DNA of 60,025 nucleotides, the filler included, from Basidiobolus ranarum (Eukaryota): the NCBI GenBank assembly GCA_040143965.1. It is 11 parts of 11 records of this genome, joined end to end, with 100 filler letters (N's around TTAATTAATTAA, not from the genome) between each part and the next. Parts side by side here need not be neighbours in the genome. Positions count along the whole stretch, not along the records: positions 21,917 to 27,287 come from JASJQH010001619.1; positions 27,388 to 32,752 come from JASJQH010001620.1; positions 32,853 to 38,215 come from JASJQH010001621.1; 8 more parts are not named here. The stretch is one strand, 5' to 3'. Below the pieces are notes generated by a model. The model had not been told where the DNA came from. It was given only the letters and a program-made list of their open reading frames with translations, and did not search any database. The position numbers were made by a program, and so were the translations under genes. Below are positions 25,240-38,315 of this stretch, one piece after another (positions within the stretch are counted from its first letter, which is position 1; each line of letters starts with the position of its first letter).

Positions 25240-26900
25240 GGTCTGGCTCATTGGCTATTTCTTAGATTAAAGTTCCTCTCAATTCAGATGAATTCTGGTG
25301 ATTCCATGTCTATTTATATCAGTTGGATAAAAACTATGGCACACCAGCCCTCATCCTTTGGAGCACCTCTAAATGAATATGGGCTTGTCCTGACACTGCT
25401 TGAGAGCCTGCCAAACAAGTTTGGGAATGTCATAATTGCCCTAAAGCCAAGTTCAGAGCCATCAACAATGGAGTATGTTGGAGCTAGGCTTTTGAATGAG
25501 GAATAAAGGAGATCTATTTCTTAGCAAAATAATGCAGATCAGGCATTTTTTGGAGTTGTAAAAAGCACAACAGGCTTCAGTAAGCTAGCCCCTCATAGGA
25601 AATCAACTATCTGTAAGTATTGCAAGAAAACAGGCCATTTGATCAAAAATTGTAGAAAAAGGTTTTTTACCAAAAAGTTAAATTGGAACAGGCAAATCAA
25701 GTAAGTGCTGATAGGCATTTTGTATTTGTGTCTGGCCTAGCATCAATTACTAAAGAAAACTTAGAAACATGGTTCATTTTTTCCTGAACTTCTCATTATG
25801 TGTCAAACAAGACAGATTGATTTTCCAGCTTAAAGCCAATTCAAGCAAGAAAAGTATACTGAGGTGAGGACTAGGCACTAGATACAGTTGATAAGGGCAC
25901 AGTTGTGCTCAATTTAGAAGAAAATTCAGCTACACCATCTTCAAAGTGGGATGATATACTCTGTGTACCAAAAATGGCTAAGAATATATTCTCAGTCAGC
26001 CAAGCAACCACTCAATGACTAAATTTCATGCTTGGTAAAGCTGAATGCTCCATCACAGAATAGAATAATATTAAATTAGCTACTGGCAGCAAACTCTAAA
26101 CTTATAAAGGCTATAAATGAACAAATTGCCTTCTGAGCATTCAAACTTGGCCAAAACCAGTGAAATAAGCTGTTTAATGTGGCATAGAAGCTTAGGGGAC
26201 ATTGGGGAAAAAAGAAGCTTTTTTCAGGTTTAAAATTGAAAATATCATTAAATTGGATCTATATGAAGGATGTATGTATGGAAAACATTACAGGCAGCTG
26301 TTTTCATGGTCTGGAGATATCAAATCCACTCAGAATTTGGCTGTGACTTGCTCCAACATATGTGGCCCCATGAAAAACAGCTTACTTGGTAGCAAAGCAT
26401 ACTTCATGACCAATACTGATGACACAACCAGATATACCTGGATTTTTTCTTGCTAATCAAAATCTTTAGCCTTTGTTATGTCCAACCAATAAAAAGCAAT
26501 GGTAGAGAAAAATCAGCACAGAAATTCAGGGTACTTAGGAGTGATAATGGTCAAAATTACTACACTAAAGACTTTGCTAGTTTTCATTCTGAACATGGGA
26601 TTAAGTAACCAACTACTTTACCTTATACTCCACAGCAAAATAGAGTTACACAGCATGCTAATAAGACTATTGTGAAGATGGCAAGATTGATGTTATTTCA
26701 TCCAAAGTTAGATTATCCATTTTGAGCTGAATGTGTCTCCACAGCAGTCTATATGAAATACAGATGCTCAAAAAGAATTCTACTAAACATTACTCCATTT
26801 GAAGCCCCATAATGATTGTAACTAAGTGTGGTTCATCTCACCTCAAAAATGCTCCAAAGTAGAACCCAAAGGCAGAAAATGCATATTTGTTGGTTACTGG
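25240..26900 (+). mobile_element. Second degenerate copy of the same copia family (gag to integrase)
   Basis: LVLTLLESLP, GARLLNEE, CKYCKKTGH, YEGCMYGK, NICGPM, PQQN. Confidence 0.9.
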
Positions 26901-27016
26901 ACTTGTTCCATTGTTCCAGGATTTATTAGACCTTGGATCAAAATATTAGAGTTAATGTGATTGAAATTGATCATGCTGGAGGGTGATGGATAGTGCCAAA
27001 TTGTGCTGCATAAATT

Positions 27017-27287
27017 TTAGAATACTTTATCCAATATGATATATACAGCACAATTTGGCACTATCCCAGAGAACAAGTCCAATTCAGCAAGACCATTGAT
27101 TCTGGTAAGAATTATATCCATTTCAGGTACTTCATAATTCACTGAGTCAAGTTGTTGGGCAACTTTCTTGATGCCGTTTACATATGTCATAATATCTGAA
27201 TCCTCAGACATACAAGAGTTTAAGAATTTTCTTTGTAGCATCATCAAGTGAGCAAGCCCTTTTTGCTCATGATGTTCCACTAGGATT
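27017..27287 (-). mobile_element. Copia gag (UBN2-like) fragment of a different family
   Basis: LQRKFLNSCMSEDSDIMTYVNGIKKVAQQLDSV...DIILT..NGL. Confidence 0.75.
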
Positions 27288-27462
27288 NNNNNNNNNNNNN
27301 NNNNNNNNNNNNNNNNNNNNNNNNNNNNNNNTTAATTAATTAANNNNNNNNNNNNNNNNNNNNNNNNNNNNNNNNNNNNNNNNNNNNCATCCATTACTGC
27401 TGCAGCTTTGGGACATATTTGACAACAATTAATTAACTGGTTTAAAAGTTATCAATGATTTA

Positions 27463-28100
27463 ATGAGAGATGAACCCAATCAGAAAATCATGCTGAATTG
27501 GTCTAGATATATTCTAGAAATTCTTAAAAGCTACAACATGGAGAATAGTAAGCCTGTATCAATAACAATGCATCACAATATGATATTAATCAAAATTTCA
27601 TCCAATTTGGCCCCAAACGACTCAGATTTAAGCCAGAAGTTCCCTATCAAATTTGTGGTGGGAAGTTTGATTTATACAATGGTTGGAATATATCCAAAAG
27701 TTGCTGCAGCAGTGGAAACTGTCTAGCCATATCTCAAAAATCCATGATCTGGGTGCAAAACCACAGTAAAACAAATATTAAGCTACTTGAGAGTAAGTGT
27801 AGATCTTGTTCTCTAACACTCTGGCTCTCCTGATGCACAAATGTTTGAGTGCTACAGAGATGCAGACTGTTCAAGAAACCTAGATGATGGAATATAAACA
27901 ACTGGTACACTTTTATCTATGGAAATGGCACCATAAATTAATATTGTTAGAAGCAAACAACAATCACACTTTTGACTACAGAAGCAGAGTATATGACTGT
28001 GTGTGCTACAACACAAGAGGGCATGTGGGCAAGCATATTATTTTCAGGCTTAGGATAGATGCCAAAGTATTCTATTACTAAATCCAAAGATGATCAAAGT
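27463..28100 (+). mobile_element. Copia RT/RNase H fragment
   Basis: SRYILEILKSYNMENSKPV, VGSLIY.MV, Y.DAD. Homologous to 24120-24620 and 39950-40560. Confidence 0.85.
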
Positions 28101-28439
28101 TATTTCATTAGTTCATTGAGCTATGTTGAATGCACAATTTGTTCCTTGAGCTATTTATTGGATCACTAGCAGCAGCTCTTTAGCTACATATGGAGCATGG
28201 AGTATATCATTGAGTTATACAGAGAGTGTAGATTAGTTTTGGCTAAGTTGGGACCACTGTCATCTTACCTACTGTATCAAGTGCATAGTCATCTCCTTTG
28301 TAAACATTCTTAGTTTAGATTAGCTTAAAGCTGGAAAACTTATCTTTCTTGTTTGACATACATGGGGAAGCTGATGAATTATTATATATATTATTTTTCA
28401 GTCTTATGTAGCAGCTACTGATAGGACATACACAAATTG

Positions 28440-29026
28440 ATGATTAATGTTAGTACTTACTTGAGGTGATTGTTCCATTTTTAGCTTTCTGGCCAAAATT
28501 CACTTTTCAGAATCGGGAATCTAAAGCCCTTGTTTCTTGATTTACTTGCAGATAATTGCATTTCAATCAGGGGCATCAGTATTAGAGCCAGTTGGCTCTT
28601 TTCCAGCTCCAGAAAAAGCTGGCCTGCATCATTGTGCTCAGTATCAGAGCTCAATAATTCCTCATTCCATAGCCTAACATCAACATTTTCCTATGTTGCT
28701 GGCTCTGATGTTAATTCTAGGGCATTATGAGGCTCACAAACCTGTCAGGCAGGCTTCCAAGTAGTCTCATGATTTTGATTCCTTGATTTAGCAATGTTCC
28801 AAAGGAAGAGCTGATCTACCATAGCTTTGATCTGACTAATATGATTAGCCATTGAATATAAGAATTCATCTGACTGCCAAGCAACTTCTGTACAAGATAT
28901 GTCTATTAGCTACATGCTTAGTCTCACATAGTCCCTGAAGTGTTTTCAAAGCATCTAGGCTGTGTTTAACAGAGTATGCGCACATCAAATGAGAGTCTCT
29001 GAGATGTAGACAAGCTGTTAAGAAAT
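28440..29026 (-). mobile_element. Copia gag fragment
   Basis: Aligns with the gag at 38480-39030 (IKAMVDQL, TTLGSLPDRF, VVRLWNEE). Confidence 0.7.
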
Positions 29027-29370
29027 TGTAATTCTTTTGTAGCCTGCTGGAAGCGGTTTGGGGAATTAGAGAAATTGTTGTTTTCACTTGTTGATTTATT
29101 GAGTTGAAAGCTGGTATTTATAGTCTTTTCAAGATGTAAGCAACCTAACCGGTAGAATATGCTAAGGAAGGTCACAGGAATAGGTGTGGAAAGTTTAGGG
29201 CTTCTATCACAAGTTTGAAAAATCTACATAACAGAGTACTTCAAAGTTGGTAAATATATTCTAAGTAAATTCTAATTGAGAATAATAGATGTTTTCTTGG
29301 TGAATTGTAAGACAACTTAGAACTAAGCTATAGAAGACTATATAAGTGCTTGGACAAAGTTAATTTAACA
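29027..29370 (-). repeat. LTR family A
   Basis: Full-length diverged copy of 55946-56293. Confidence 0.8.
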
Positions 29371-31080
29371 TTTTACCTACTAAAGCTTGACTGATATTCA
29401 TTGAACAAGATATTCCTCTATTTATACTGCAACTGATGGATCAAATGAGCAATGATTCAGCTGCAGATTACTAACCTAATTACTATATCATGATCTAGCT
29501 AAATTATATGGGGTGGCAAAGCAATGGGCCAAAACAACCAGGATGGCACAGCAATCAGCTGATACATGGTGTGGTGGCACAGCCAAAATGCTTCTGTACA
29601 AGGGGAGGGATATGATCACATGATATTATGGGACATATAATTGTAAGACTATCATATGACCTACTACAACTAACTACTGGAACATTGTTGGACTGGTGAC
29701 TAGTCCTGATTGACTAGATAAGTGATACTGATGATACTTTTAATGCCAATCAGGGGAAAAATTGATGTACTGATATACTGATAATACTGAATGTTTCATT
29801 ACTTGACTAATGCTTAGGCTGCTATGATTAGCAATTCATAACATTCTCCCTGACTAAGAATGAGCAGGCTCTCCTGAGTCTTTCTTCTTGTGTTATCAAT
29901 ACTTGGTTGGCAGATCACCCTCTTGAAGTCTGGCAACTTTGAGTCAGTTCTGATGGACTAAGTAGCACTTGTTTATCCACTAGCTGATATGTTTGGGATG
30001 GGCATTCTCTGATAACCTTAATGATAAAAGTGTCCTGTCAAAAGTGGTTAAAACTTCTTGGTGATAATTCTAAGCAGCACAAAGGTTCCAACAGTAATTG
30101 TTTGTAAGTTTACAGCCTTGTCAAAGCAAGTTATCAATTAGAGGCACTGACTTCAACTGTGGTTTTTGCTACATGTGTCTCCCAAGTAGGATTTTCTATT
30201 GTTATGGTTGGGCTAAGTTCATCTTCCACAAGGTCAGCAAGTTTTGTTTGTAAAGTATCTCGTGGAACTTTTGATTAAGTCCATAGACTAAGCAGAGAAG
30301 TGACTTCTAGGTTGTACTATACACTTGAATATCACAGACAAATAAGGCTTGATCATTGTACTCATCATACTTGTGTGTTAATTAATAGGCATACTTGGAT
30401 GGCATCTTGCCTAAAGTCTATGAAGTATCTTGGTGTGTCTACTAGTTATTAGATGTTAGGCAGGGATCTTCAAATGCTTTTTATTATGAAGTTCCAAATA
30501 GGCTCAAAGTGTATTTGTCAGAAAGTTAGCTCCTTGGTACAACAGAGTCTTGACAGGGCTTCAAAACAACATCAAAAATTTATGATGTAAGGAACTAGCA
30601 ACTCCTTCACTAGCAGCTGGTACTCTTTAGCAACTGCCCACTTAGTTTGATGGTCAATGAGAACAAGAATTCATTGGTTTCTTCATCTGGTGGTGGGTAA
30701 TCTATATTGAAATCAATGCCCCATCTTTGAAATGGTCCTATTGGCTCTACAGGGAAGAAGACTGTATAGCTCAAGGCTGACTTTGATTACTTTGATAAAT
30801 AGAGCAAGTATTGACCAGTTTCCCTGTATCACTCTTCTTCATAGGCCACTAAGCTCTGGCCTTCAATAGGCAGCATATTCCTTCAATTTTAGATGTCATT
30901 GTGCTGCCTATGGAGCAAGACCAATTTGTTGAGATAGGGGCAGTAAGGTGTTGGCTGGTCATCAACAACATGGTAGAGAGTCTCTTCTTAGATAACAAAT
31001 CCCTCTGCTTGTTGACAATGGAACATCTATACTAGCTCTGCTACTAGTTCCAAGAATGTTTGGTCCTCCAAATATTTTGA
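29371..31080 (-). mobile_element. Degenerate Ty3/gypsy integrase, PPT and 3' LTR (LTR starts at 29843)
   Basis: Minus strand reads PVEPIGPFQRWGIDF...ILVLIDHQTKWAVA. Purine tract AGGGAGAA precedes TGTTATG at 29843. Confidence 0.75.
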
Positions 31081-31226
31081 CATTAATGCACACCAATCAG
31101 ATTCTTCAATGACATTAATTTCCTTAGGCTTATCAACTGGTACTGGTGTGGGCCAATCAGACTCTTAAATGGCATTGATTTCCCTGGACTAATCAACTTA
31201 ACACAACTGGTGTTCACGAGAGATAT

Positions 31227-31740
31227 TGCAGCTCTTACTGAGCTTGAAGGAACCATAACAGTCAAACACAAACTTCAAGGTAGACAACATGTTTCAACAT
31301 GTTCTGCATACAACGGAGCTCACAGTGGCAAGTTGAAAGACATGAAGCTTCTACCATGCTTGAAGAGGCAACAACTGCCAAATGCAAACCTCAAGGAAAA
31401 CAACTCACTCCAACATGTGCTGCCATATGACCACAGCCATGCCCAGTTTAAAGAGAAGAAGCTTCCACTGTGATTGAAGAAGCTGTAACCACCAAACACA
31501 AACCACAAGGTAGATGACTTGCTCCAACAGGTACTGCCATGCAACCATGGCTACAGCTCATCAAAAGAGATGAAGCTTCCACAGTGGTTGAAGAGGCTAG
31601 AACTGCCAAACACAAACCTCAAGGTAGACAACTTGCTTTAACACATACTGCCATGCAACTGCAGCCATGGATAATCTGAAGAGATGAAGCTTCTGTCATG
31701 GTTGAAGAATCAATAACTGTTGAGCACAAACCTCAAGTGG
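31227..31740 (+). repeat. Degenerate tandem repeat, 114-bp unit (38 codons), about 4.5 copies, within a decayed ORF
   Basis: GAAGCTTC anchors at 31344, 31458, 31572 and 31686, exactly 114 bp apart. Confidence 0.85.
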
Positions 31741-34700
31741 GACATTCAGGGTCAATGCACAGAACTGTGCACCAGCAGCAATGGCTGGTTGACCCATCAA
31801 GTGAAGGCTCCACATCTGAAGAAGAGTCTGTAGATACAAATGAACCACAAACTATACTAGACAAGCCAACTGTTACCACAGCAAATCAACCTCAAGCCAC
31901 AACTCACGCTGGCCAAGGTAAAGGAACTTCAGCAGGATTAAACCAACCAACTCAGCACAGAGGTCCAGGCAAAGTTCCTTCCGTAGAAATATCAAGAAGA
32001 CAATAACAATAACAGAAGCAAATCAGTAAGTATCTCTTCAAACCTGGGCAACTGCTGAGTGCACTAATCAACACTAACATTAACCTATCTTTACTGCTTA
32101 GCACATCATGCAAAATCAATATGGATCAAAGTTAAATATAGCATAGATTGCTATTGATGGATCACAATCACTTATGTCTTTATGAAACACTGATGGCATA
32201 AAATCATCATACATCAAAAAAATCGATGCTAGCCAATTAATACAAGCAACTGCACTACAATTAAATGAAAAATATCTGTCAATAAAAAGCTTGTGCAGCC
32301 ATATTAGCTTGATATGGCTCAATCTGTTCACATACTCCCCCAATTAGAAGCCTACATGATTGCATGAACAATTTGCTGATCAAAAAATGATGAATCAAAC
32401 AATTCTGATCATTACTATCTTACTGCAGATTGATCTATAATTAAGTGCTGCAATTTGTCACTGGTGTGCCAAAACTACTGGTGTTTGATAATGCAGGAGT
32501 GGTTGGTCCCAATTGAAAATCAGGATTTTGTGTTAGTGAGGGACAAACAATTGGCCTAAAAACATGCAAATGTCTTGGTTATACATTTGATTGGGCAAGT
32601 TACAGTATATATTGATTATAGTTACACATTCAGTATTTGGTAAGTTACAAACTAGGGGATGAACTTGCTTTGTCAGTTACCCAAACTCTTAATTTGGCAA
32701 AACAAAATTGGGTAACTTGGTACAGGCTGGCTCAATATCTCCAAAAAAATCANNNNNNNNNNNNNNNNNNNNNNNNNNNNNNNNNNNNNNNNNNNNTTAA
32801 TTAATTAANNNNNNNNNNNNNNNNNNNNNNNNNNNNNNNNNNNNNNNNNNNNACCCGCGCGGCAATGAATGGCCCCAAACTCGGAGTCTTTGGGGCTGGA
32901 CTTACTTGTGCAGCCTGGTATGGGAGTAAAGTAATTCGCGGCGAGGAGGTGATCTATATTAATTTCACAGCCAAGGCTTAGATATTATATGATCTTCCCC
33001 TTGTATGGGCTCAATCAAATTTCTAAATAAATCAGATATAGTATATATAAATGATTATTTACGATGTAATGAAGTTAATTCCTACTAGTAATGACGACTA
33101 GTAATAAGTTGAATAATTCTCGATTCGGAATGTATTTCTTACTGCGAATATCATCTGTGATGAGTAAAGTTAATCATGAACAGGTTCCCCAATCGCCTTG
33201 AGCCAATTCGTTGGACAATATTTCAAGTGATTGCGGAACATATGTTTGTTCACTATGATGATGTTGTTGGTGCAGAATATAATTAATATTAAATTGACTT
33301 GGATAATACTTAGTTTTATGCAAACAAGGGGATTCTAGAAGAACATATACTCTCTCTACTGGTACATGGATTGAGACCAACGATACGCAAAGGATGTGCC
33401 GTATTAGCATAGAGAGTCGCACCAAGGCTGTCGAACTGGTTGAGTTACAGCGCACCTTCCTGAAATAGCAATCAGTAGCCTATTACATAAAGTATCTATT
33501 TTTTCGATCTACTGGTCAGTGATACGTTGCTCAATATGTCAAGGGCCAATTCAAATTATTCTATCGCTCTATGCTACCATAACCTGTGGCGAAGTGTTCC
33601 TTGATTTTTGAGTGATTATCTAGTCTAATGTTCAACCTACGTCACTGATTTATGTGTTGGTTACTCATCATGTCGATTTCGATTTCTATGATTAATGGGG
33701 TGGTACGAATCATCATTCAGACTCGATCAATCGACCTGATCAGGGTCGTTCCTGGAAGGCACTCGGACCACCTAAGACTATTCGTAATTTACCACTATCA
33801 CTAAATGTATAATGGTTAGCAGAATTCAAGACAACCCACAGAAGGCTTGATAATTGCACCGATAAGAATTCATTGCTTAGTGTCTGACAATGTTATCATA
33901 GAGTAGGTCACATGATGAATTGACGAATGGTAGTTTTATCGTTCTCACAACTGGGTTTGTGAAGACAATAGGTTCTTTAATTACCTCACAAATAAAGTAA
34001 CTTTCATAGGTTGTTACCTTATATCATGTCGGCCCATACTATGACTGTAGATTCTTTTAAAAAAGTCAGAAACTGTGCCATACTTTCAATGCTTCAGGTG
34101 GACTATAACAAGTATACCTAAAATTGAATCGGATGTTTGAGGCATTCAGTATTACTTTATCCCATATTCCCACTTGATTAGTTTTTCGATTCTCTTCTCA
34201 CTGTCGAGCGTAAGGTATATTTCAAAAACACTCTCAGAGTGATTGGTCAACCTACGTCCTCCAAAAGAGTATGTCACGTTATGTTAATTGGCACTGGTGA
34301 TGATATGTGGTGATAGCAGTTATTTGGTTCTACGTCAAGTCCATCGGTCAGATTGGATACGAGAGTTAGAAAATGGAGGATGACAGTTTGCGAAGTATTA
34401 TGGAAGGGTGTGATGAGGCTCTTTGGATCCATTGGTATTTAGTTAGTCCAGTCATTTTGATAGTGTTATCATTACATGACAAGTTATTTCTGACGTCTAT
34501 ATGAGCTTCATTGGCTATACTCGACCAGTAATGTTCAGTAGATACACTTTCAAGGTCAAAAGATTACCACACCGGAAGGCGGTACATAGATCCTATGAGT
34601 ACTAAAAAGCCCCCAAACGCGCTTTATAATATGGTTGCTAACGCGCGTCTTTGAGAAAATGACATCACTTGACTGGCAATTCATAGAGATTTCAATCACA

Positions 34701-35198
34701 TGACATACTGTAGAATATCGTAGAGATAATATAAATCTATGACACGCTTCTGGTTGTTGCTACTGGCTCTATTATCGAAAGAGAGGAATTGAAGATCACG
34801 TAAGTCAAGCTAGCGTAATGTAATATTAATCCAATTAGTATGCCATCATGGAATTGGTAATTATGAACTCCAAGGAGACTGGTGGCATTTGGTTGTAACT
34901 AGCCCTACTGATAGGATGTTTAGAGTACGCAAGTAATTCATTGTGTCGCACATTCATAGTTTTGTGAATGTTAAATTCGTTATCAATGAAAAGTAGCAAA
35001 TTTACTTGGTTGAACTGGGAAAGTACTGAAAATCAGATCAAGCTGAAGACTCGTGTTGATCTACCAGAGAAGTTCATTTAATCAAGTATGTGACTGGTGC
35101 GGTAATTTATTGAATATTACATAGAGATAATGGATCCACCAATTCAAGTATATATGAGATTGTGATATGATATGAGTATTCCTTTCCAAAAGAGATAC

Positions 35199-35642
35199 TC
35201 AGCGACGACGTTGGTAAGCGCTTGAAGGGGATGAAAAAATAAGTGAATTGGAAGCCTCCGGATCAGGTGTTGGCCTCAAGGACTGCGCAAATGCAACTAA
35301 CTCATCTCTAGCGGAACCTACAGAGGATACACTTGAAGAGTCGGTATCGGAGAGAGAGTCCAGGCTGGAAGAAGAAACAGCATGAGTAGAGGAATCAAAC
35401 AGGCTTGGGTGGGCATTTTTGGCAAGTAATAGGTCAAGGAATGAATGTCTCGATTTCTCGCTCGAGTTAAAAGTGCTCAGTCTCTTGGAGAGTCGGTCAA
35501 TATCATTAATGCTCAGTGCTCTCCTATCTTGTTTGTTAGGAGATGGACTTGGTGTGCTTCTAAAAAGCTCGTCCACACATGTCTGAATTGTAAGGTTTTC
35601 TTGATGGTGAAATGGACTATGACTATAACGAAGATTTGACAT
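35199..35642 (-). CDS. Hypothetical Ser-rich protein, about 147 aa
   Basis: ATG at 35642 with TATATAT about 60 bp upstream. Uninterrupted ORF with CpG retained, unlike the neighbouring TE contigs. Confidence 0.55.
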   Translation of the reverse strand: MSNLRYSHSPFHHQENLTIQTCVDELFRSTPSPSPNKQDRRALSINDIDRLSKRLSTFNSSEKSRHSFLDLLLAKNAHPSLFDSSTHAVSSSSLDSLSDTDSSSVSSVGSARDELVAFAQSLRPTPDPEASNSLIFSSPSSAYQRRR

Positions 35643-37694
35643 GACTGAATAGCACCAACTATAGAAATACTTGGGGGACAAGGTCGGTTCGATATCCTAT
35701 ATATACCCCAGCTTAATACTCCGATCTACCATGAAAGTCTCTACAATAATCCATCACCAATCTTTGAGCCTTATGGGTCTTAGTCAGTCTTGGCTATCTC
35801 CACAAATTACCTTTGGTAAACGTTTCTTACATATCTTACTCATCCTACCCGTACGGCTGCTATGGTGGAGACTTTTCAGGTCCCATCCAATGATGACCCA
35901 GTATCAGCCAAATATTTGGACTGTGTCTTACTATCGGCAAATCAAGAGAATTCGAATCTTCATTTGTTGCCAAGGTAAAATCCCCCCAGGTTCAGCCAAT
36001 GAGTTTTAATTATCTCTACGTGATCATTCCATTCCGCTTATACTGCATGATGCTTGGTAGGATGATCTAGGTAAGAATCCAGGCTCCTATTATTAGAAGT
36101 ACACTCAGTCAATATGATCGCGCTATATAGCCTGATGGCTTGTTGCTCGACACGATGGGCTAAACGTATTACTCTCATTATCGATAGGGAGGGGTGAAAA
36201 GAAGGTATACTTTCAGGGATACGCGTAAATAGGCGATGCGACATGTGCCTCAGGATCAACCCAAAGAAGAAGTGAACCAAAGGGTGTTCTACGGCATTAA
36301 ATGTGACAATATTGACGCCCTCGCGTTGATGATGAGATTCAATAAAGTTAGCTGAGTATTATAGGCCACTTTATTGCATACAGCATAGCCAGTCAGTCCA
36401 GAGTATAAGCTCAAGAACATAAGCGCTATGCGAGCAGCTGGTAATTTACATTCATACATGAGCCCGAAAGTACCCATATCTTACAGTTTGTAATATCTGA
36501 AACTGGGCAGCCCATAGATAATTAGATGTGACCAGTAGACACCTTCAAGTATGTATATATACATAATGTGTTTAATAAATTGCTCATACGGACCTTACAA
36601 AGATTGAAAGTTTTGCCATTTACGAATACTTCTTCATACCAAATACCATTCATTGTTCAATTTAGCCCTGCAACATGAATCCCCAGGACATATGAGTTGG
36701 AGTCTAATAAAAAAGGTGCAAATTATTTATAGTTACACAAATATTGATTGAATGTCATCTATGCTAATGTTTTAAAAATTATTATTTAATTCACTGATAA
36801 AACCTTCCTCACTCAGAACGCTGCAATCCTTGTGGCTTCTTGTTGGAGGGGAGAGTTGAATGATTGCTTTATTAAGTAGATATTAGAACGTAATTAGTAA
36901 TAATGCCTTACTTGACTCTTAGCTTTCATCATGCTCATGATGGATATAGATCTAAATCCATGGGAGTTTCAGGAAGTTGGTTGGTACTTTGTAGGGAAAA
37001 CCCTTTCAGAATGTAGTCATTCTTATAAATAGCCTATTGTGGAACACTGCTTACGCTTGAGTGGTGGAAGTAGCAAAGTATAGAAAGGGGTTTCTTGCAC
37101 TTCATATCAGCTACTACCATTCCATCTTAAATTTTATCAGAATTCAGGATCAAAGCACTGAAAATACAATTTAAAGTGAAGACTGGAAGGCAATGAATAT
37201 ATTCTTGGCTCATGTGTGTCTATTCAAAATTTCTTAGTGCACATGGCTCTGTTCATAGAAAATTCAATGGTTTGCAAGTGGCTTAGATAAGTTTGTGATT
37301 AATCTTCTCGAATGTTATTGGTTTGTGACACAATTGCTGAACATCATATGCGTGTTTCAATTTTAATTTATTACATGGATCTTATCTCTTAAGAACATGC
37401 GTGCAAATAAGTTCATTAATGATGTGAGAAATGGAGGTTTTACATTGGTAGAGGTGAACCTTCTGAATTTATAGATTAACTAAGGAACCAAATATGTCAG
37501 CAAAGTTGATAGTAATTCTCAGATCATTCAATAGTTGAAGTTTATAATGTGGGAAATGATTTGAAGGGCGTGTATAGAGAGAAGTATAGGATTTGAATAA
37601 AAAGTACAGACACGCAACGTAATAATGAATCATTTGGTGCTGAAATACCCTCAACAATGATTTATAAGAAATCTTTTCATTTGGAAATGCTTAT

Positions 37695-38215
37695 TCACAT
37701 ATCCATATCATCTGAATCGTAGTCTTCCATTAAAACATCCATGGGCTCGTCTTGGTTAACCCTTGTGTAACCATATCCATAGTTTGTACTGCTACCTCTC
37801 CTTATCCAAGACCAACTCCATCTGGGTACTCTTATCCGCGCTAAGCCACTCAGGAATCTGGGTTTTGCGAATGATGGGGTGCGTATAAACGTGGGGAAAT
37901 CTACTCCTCGTCTGCGTAGGAAGACATAAATGACACATCCGACACATAGTATTGGAAGCATGATTGCGGCGAACATGGCTCCACGCTTCCATTCTCTACC
38001 TGGACACCAATACTCCGTTTTTTGATCAAGCGTTAATCCACCAACACAACTGGACATCGGTATCTTACGGTATCCAGAGGATATGTGATAATAATCTGTA
38101 GCCCCGTCACATTGAGATTTCAAAGGCTCTAATCCATCAATTAATACACATTTGTCCTCTTTACGAGCAAAGTTATAATCAGTTTCAAAGTCGTGCTCTG
38201 TGCCAGTACAATTTG
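37695..38215 (-). CDS. VPS10: Vacuolar sorting receptor Vps10/sortilin, C-terminal part (5' truncated)
   Basis: 10CC-like C...DFETDYNF...C...SGYRKIPMSSCVGG...WCPG, one TM helix, cytosolic tail with YTRV and an acidic end. Confidence 0.85.
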
Positions 38216-38315
38216 NNNNNNNNNNNNNNNNNNNNNNNNNNNNNNNNNNNNNNNNNNNNTTAATTAATTAANNNNNNNNNNNNNNNNNNNNNNNNNNNNN
38301 NNNNNNNNNNNNNNN

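Noticed and set aside
31227..31740. CRISPR-like array
   Set aside because: Whole 114-bp units are homologous with no unique spacers, there are no cas genes and the context is eukaryotic.
32853..32981. Short frame TRAAMNGPKLGVFGAGLTCAAWYGSK at the contig edge
   Set aside because: Could be a terminal exon of a membrane protein, but it is too short to identify.
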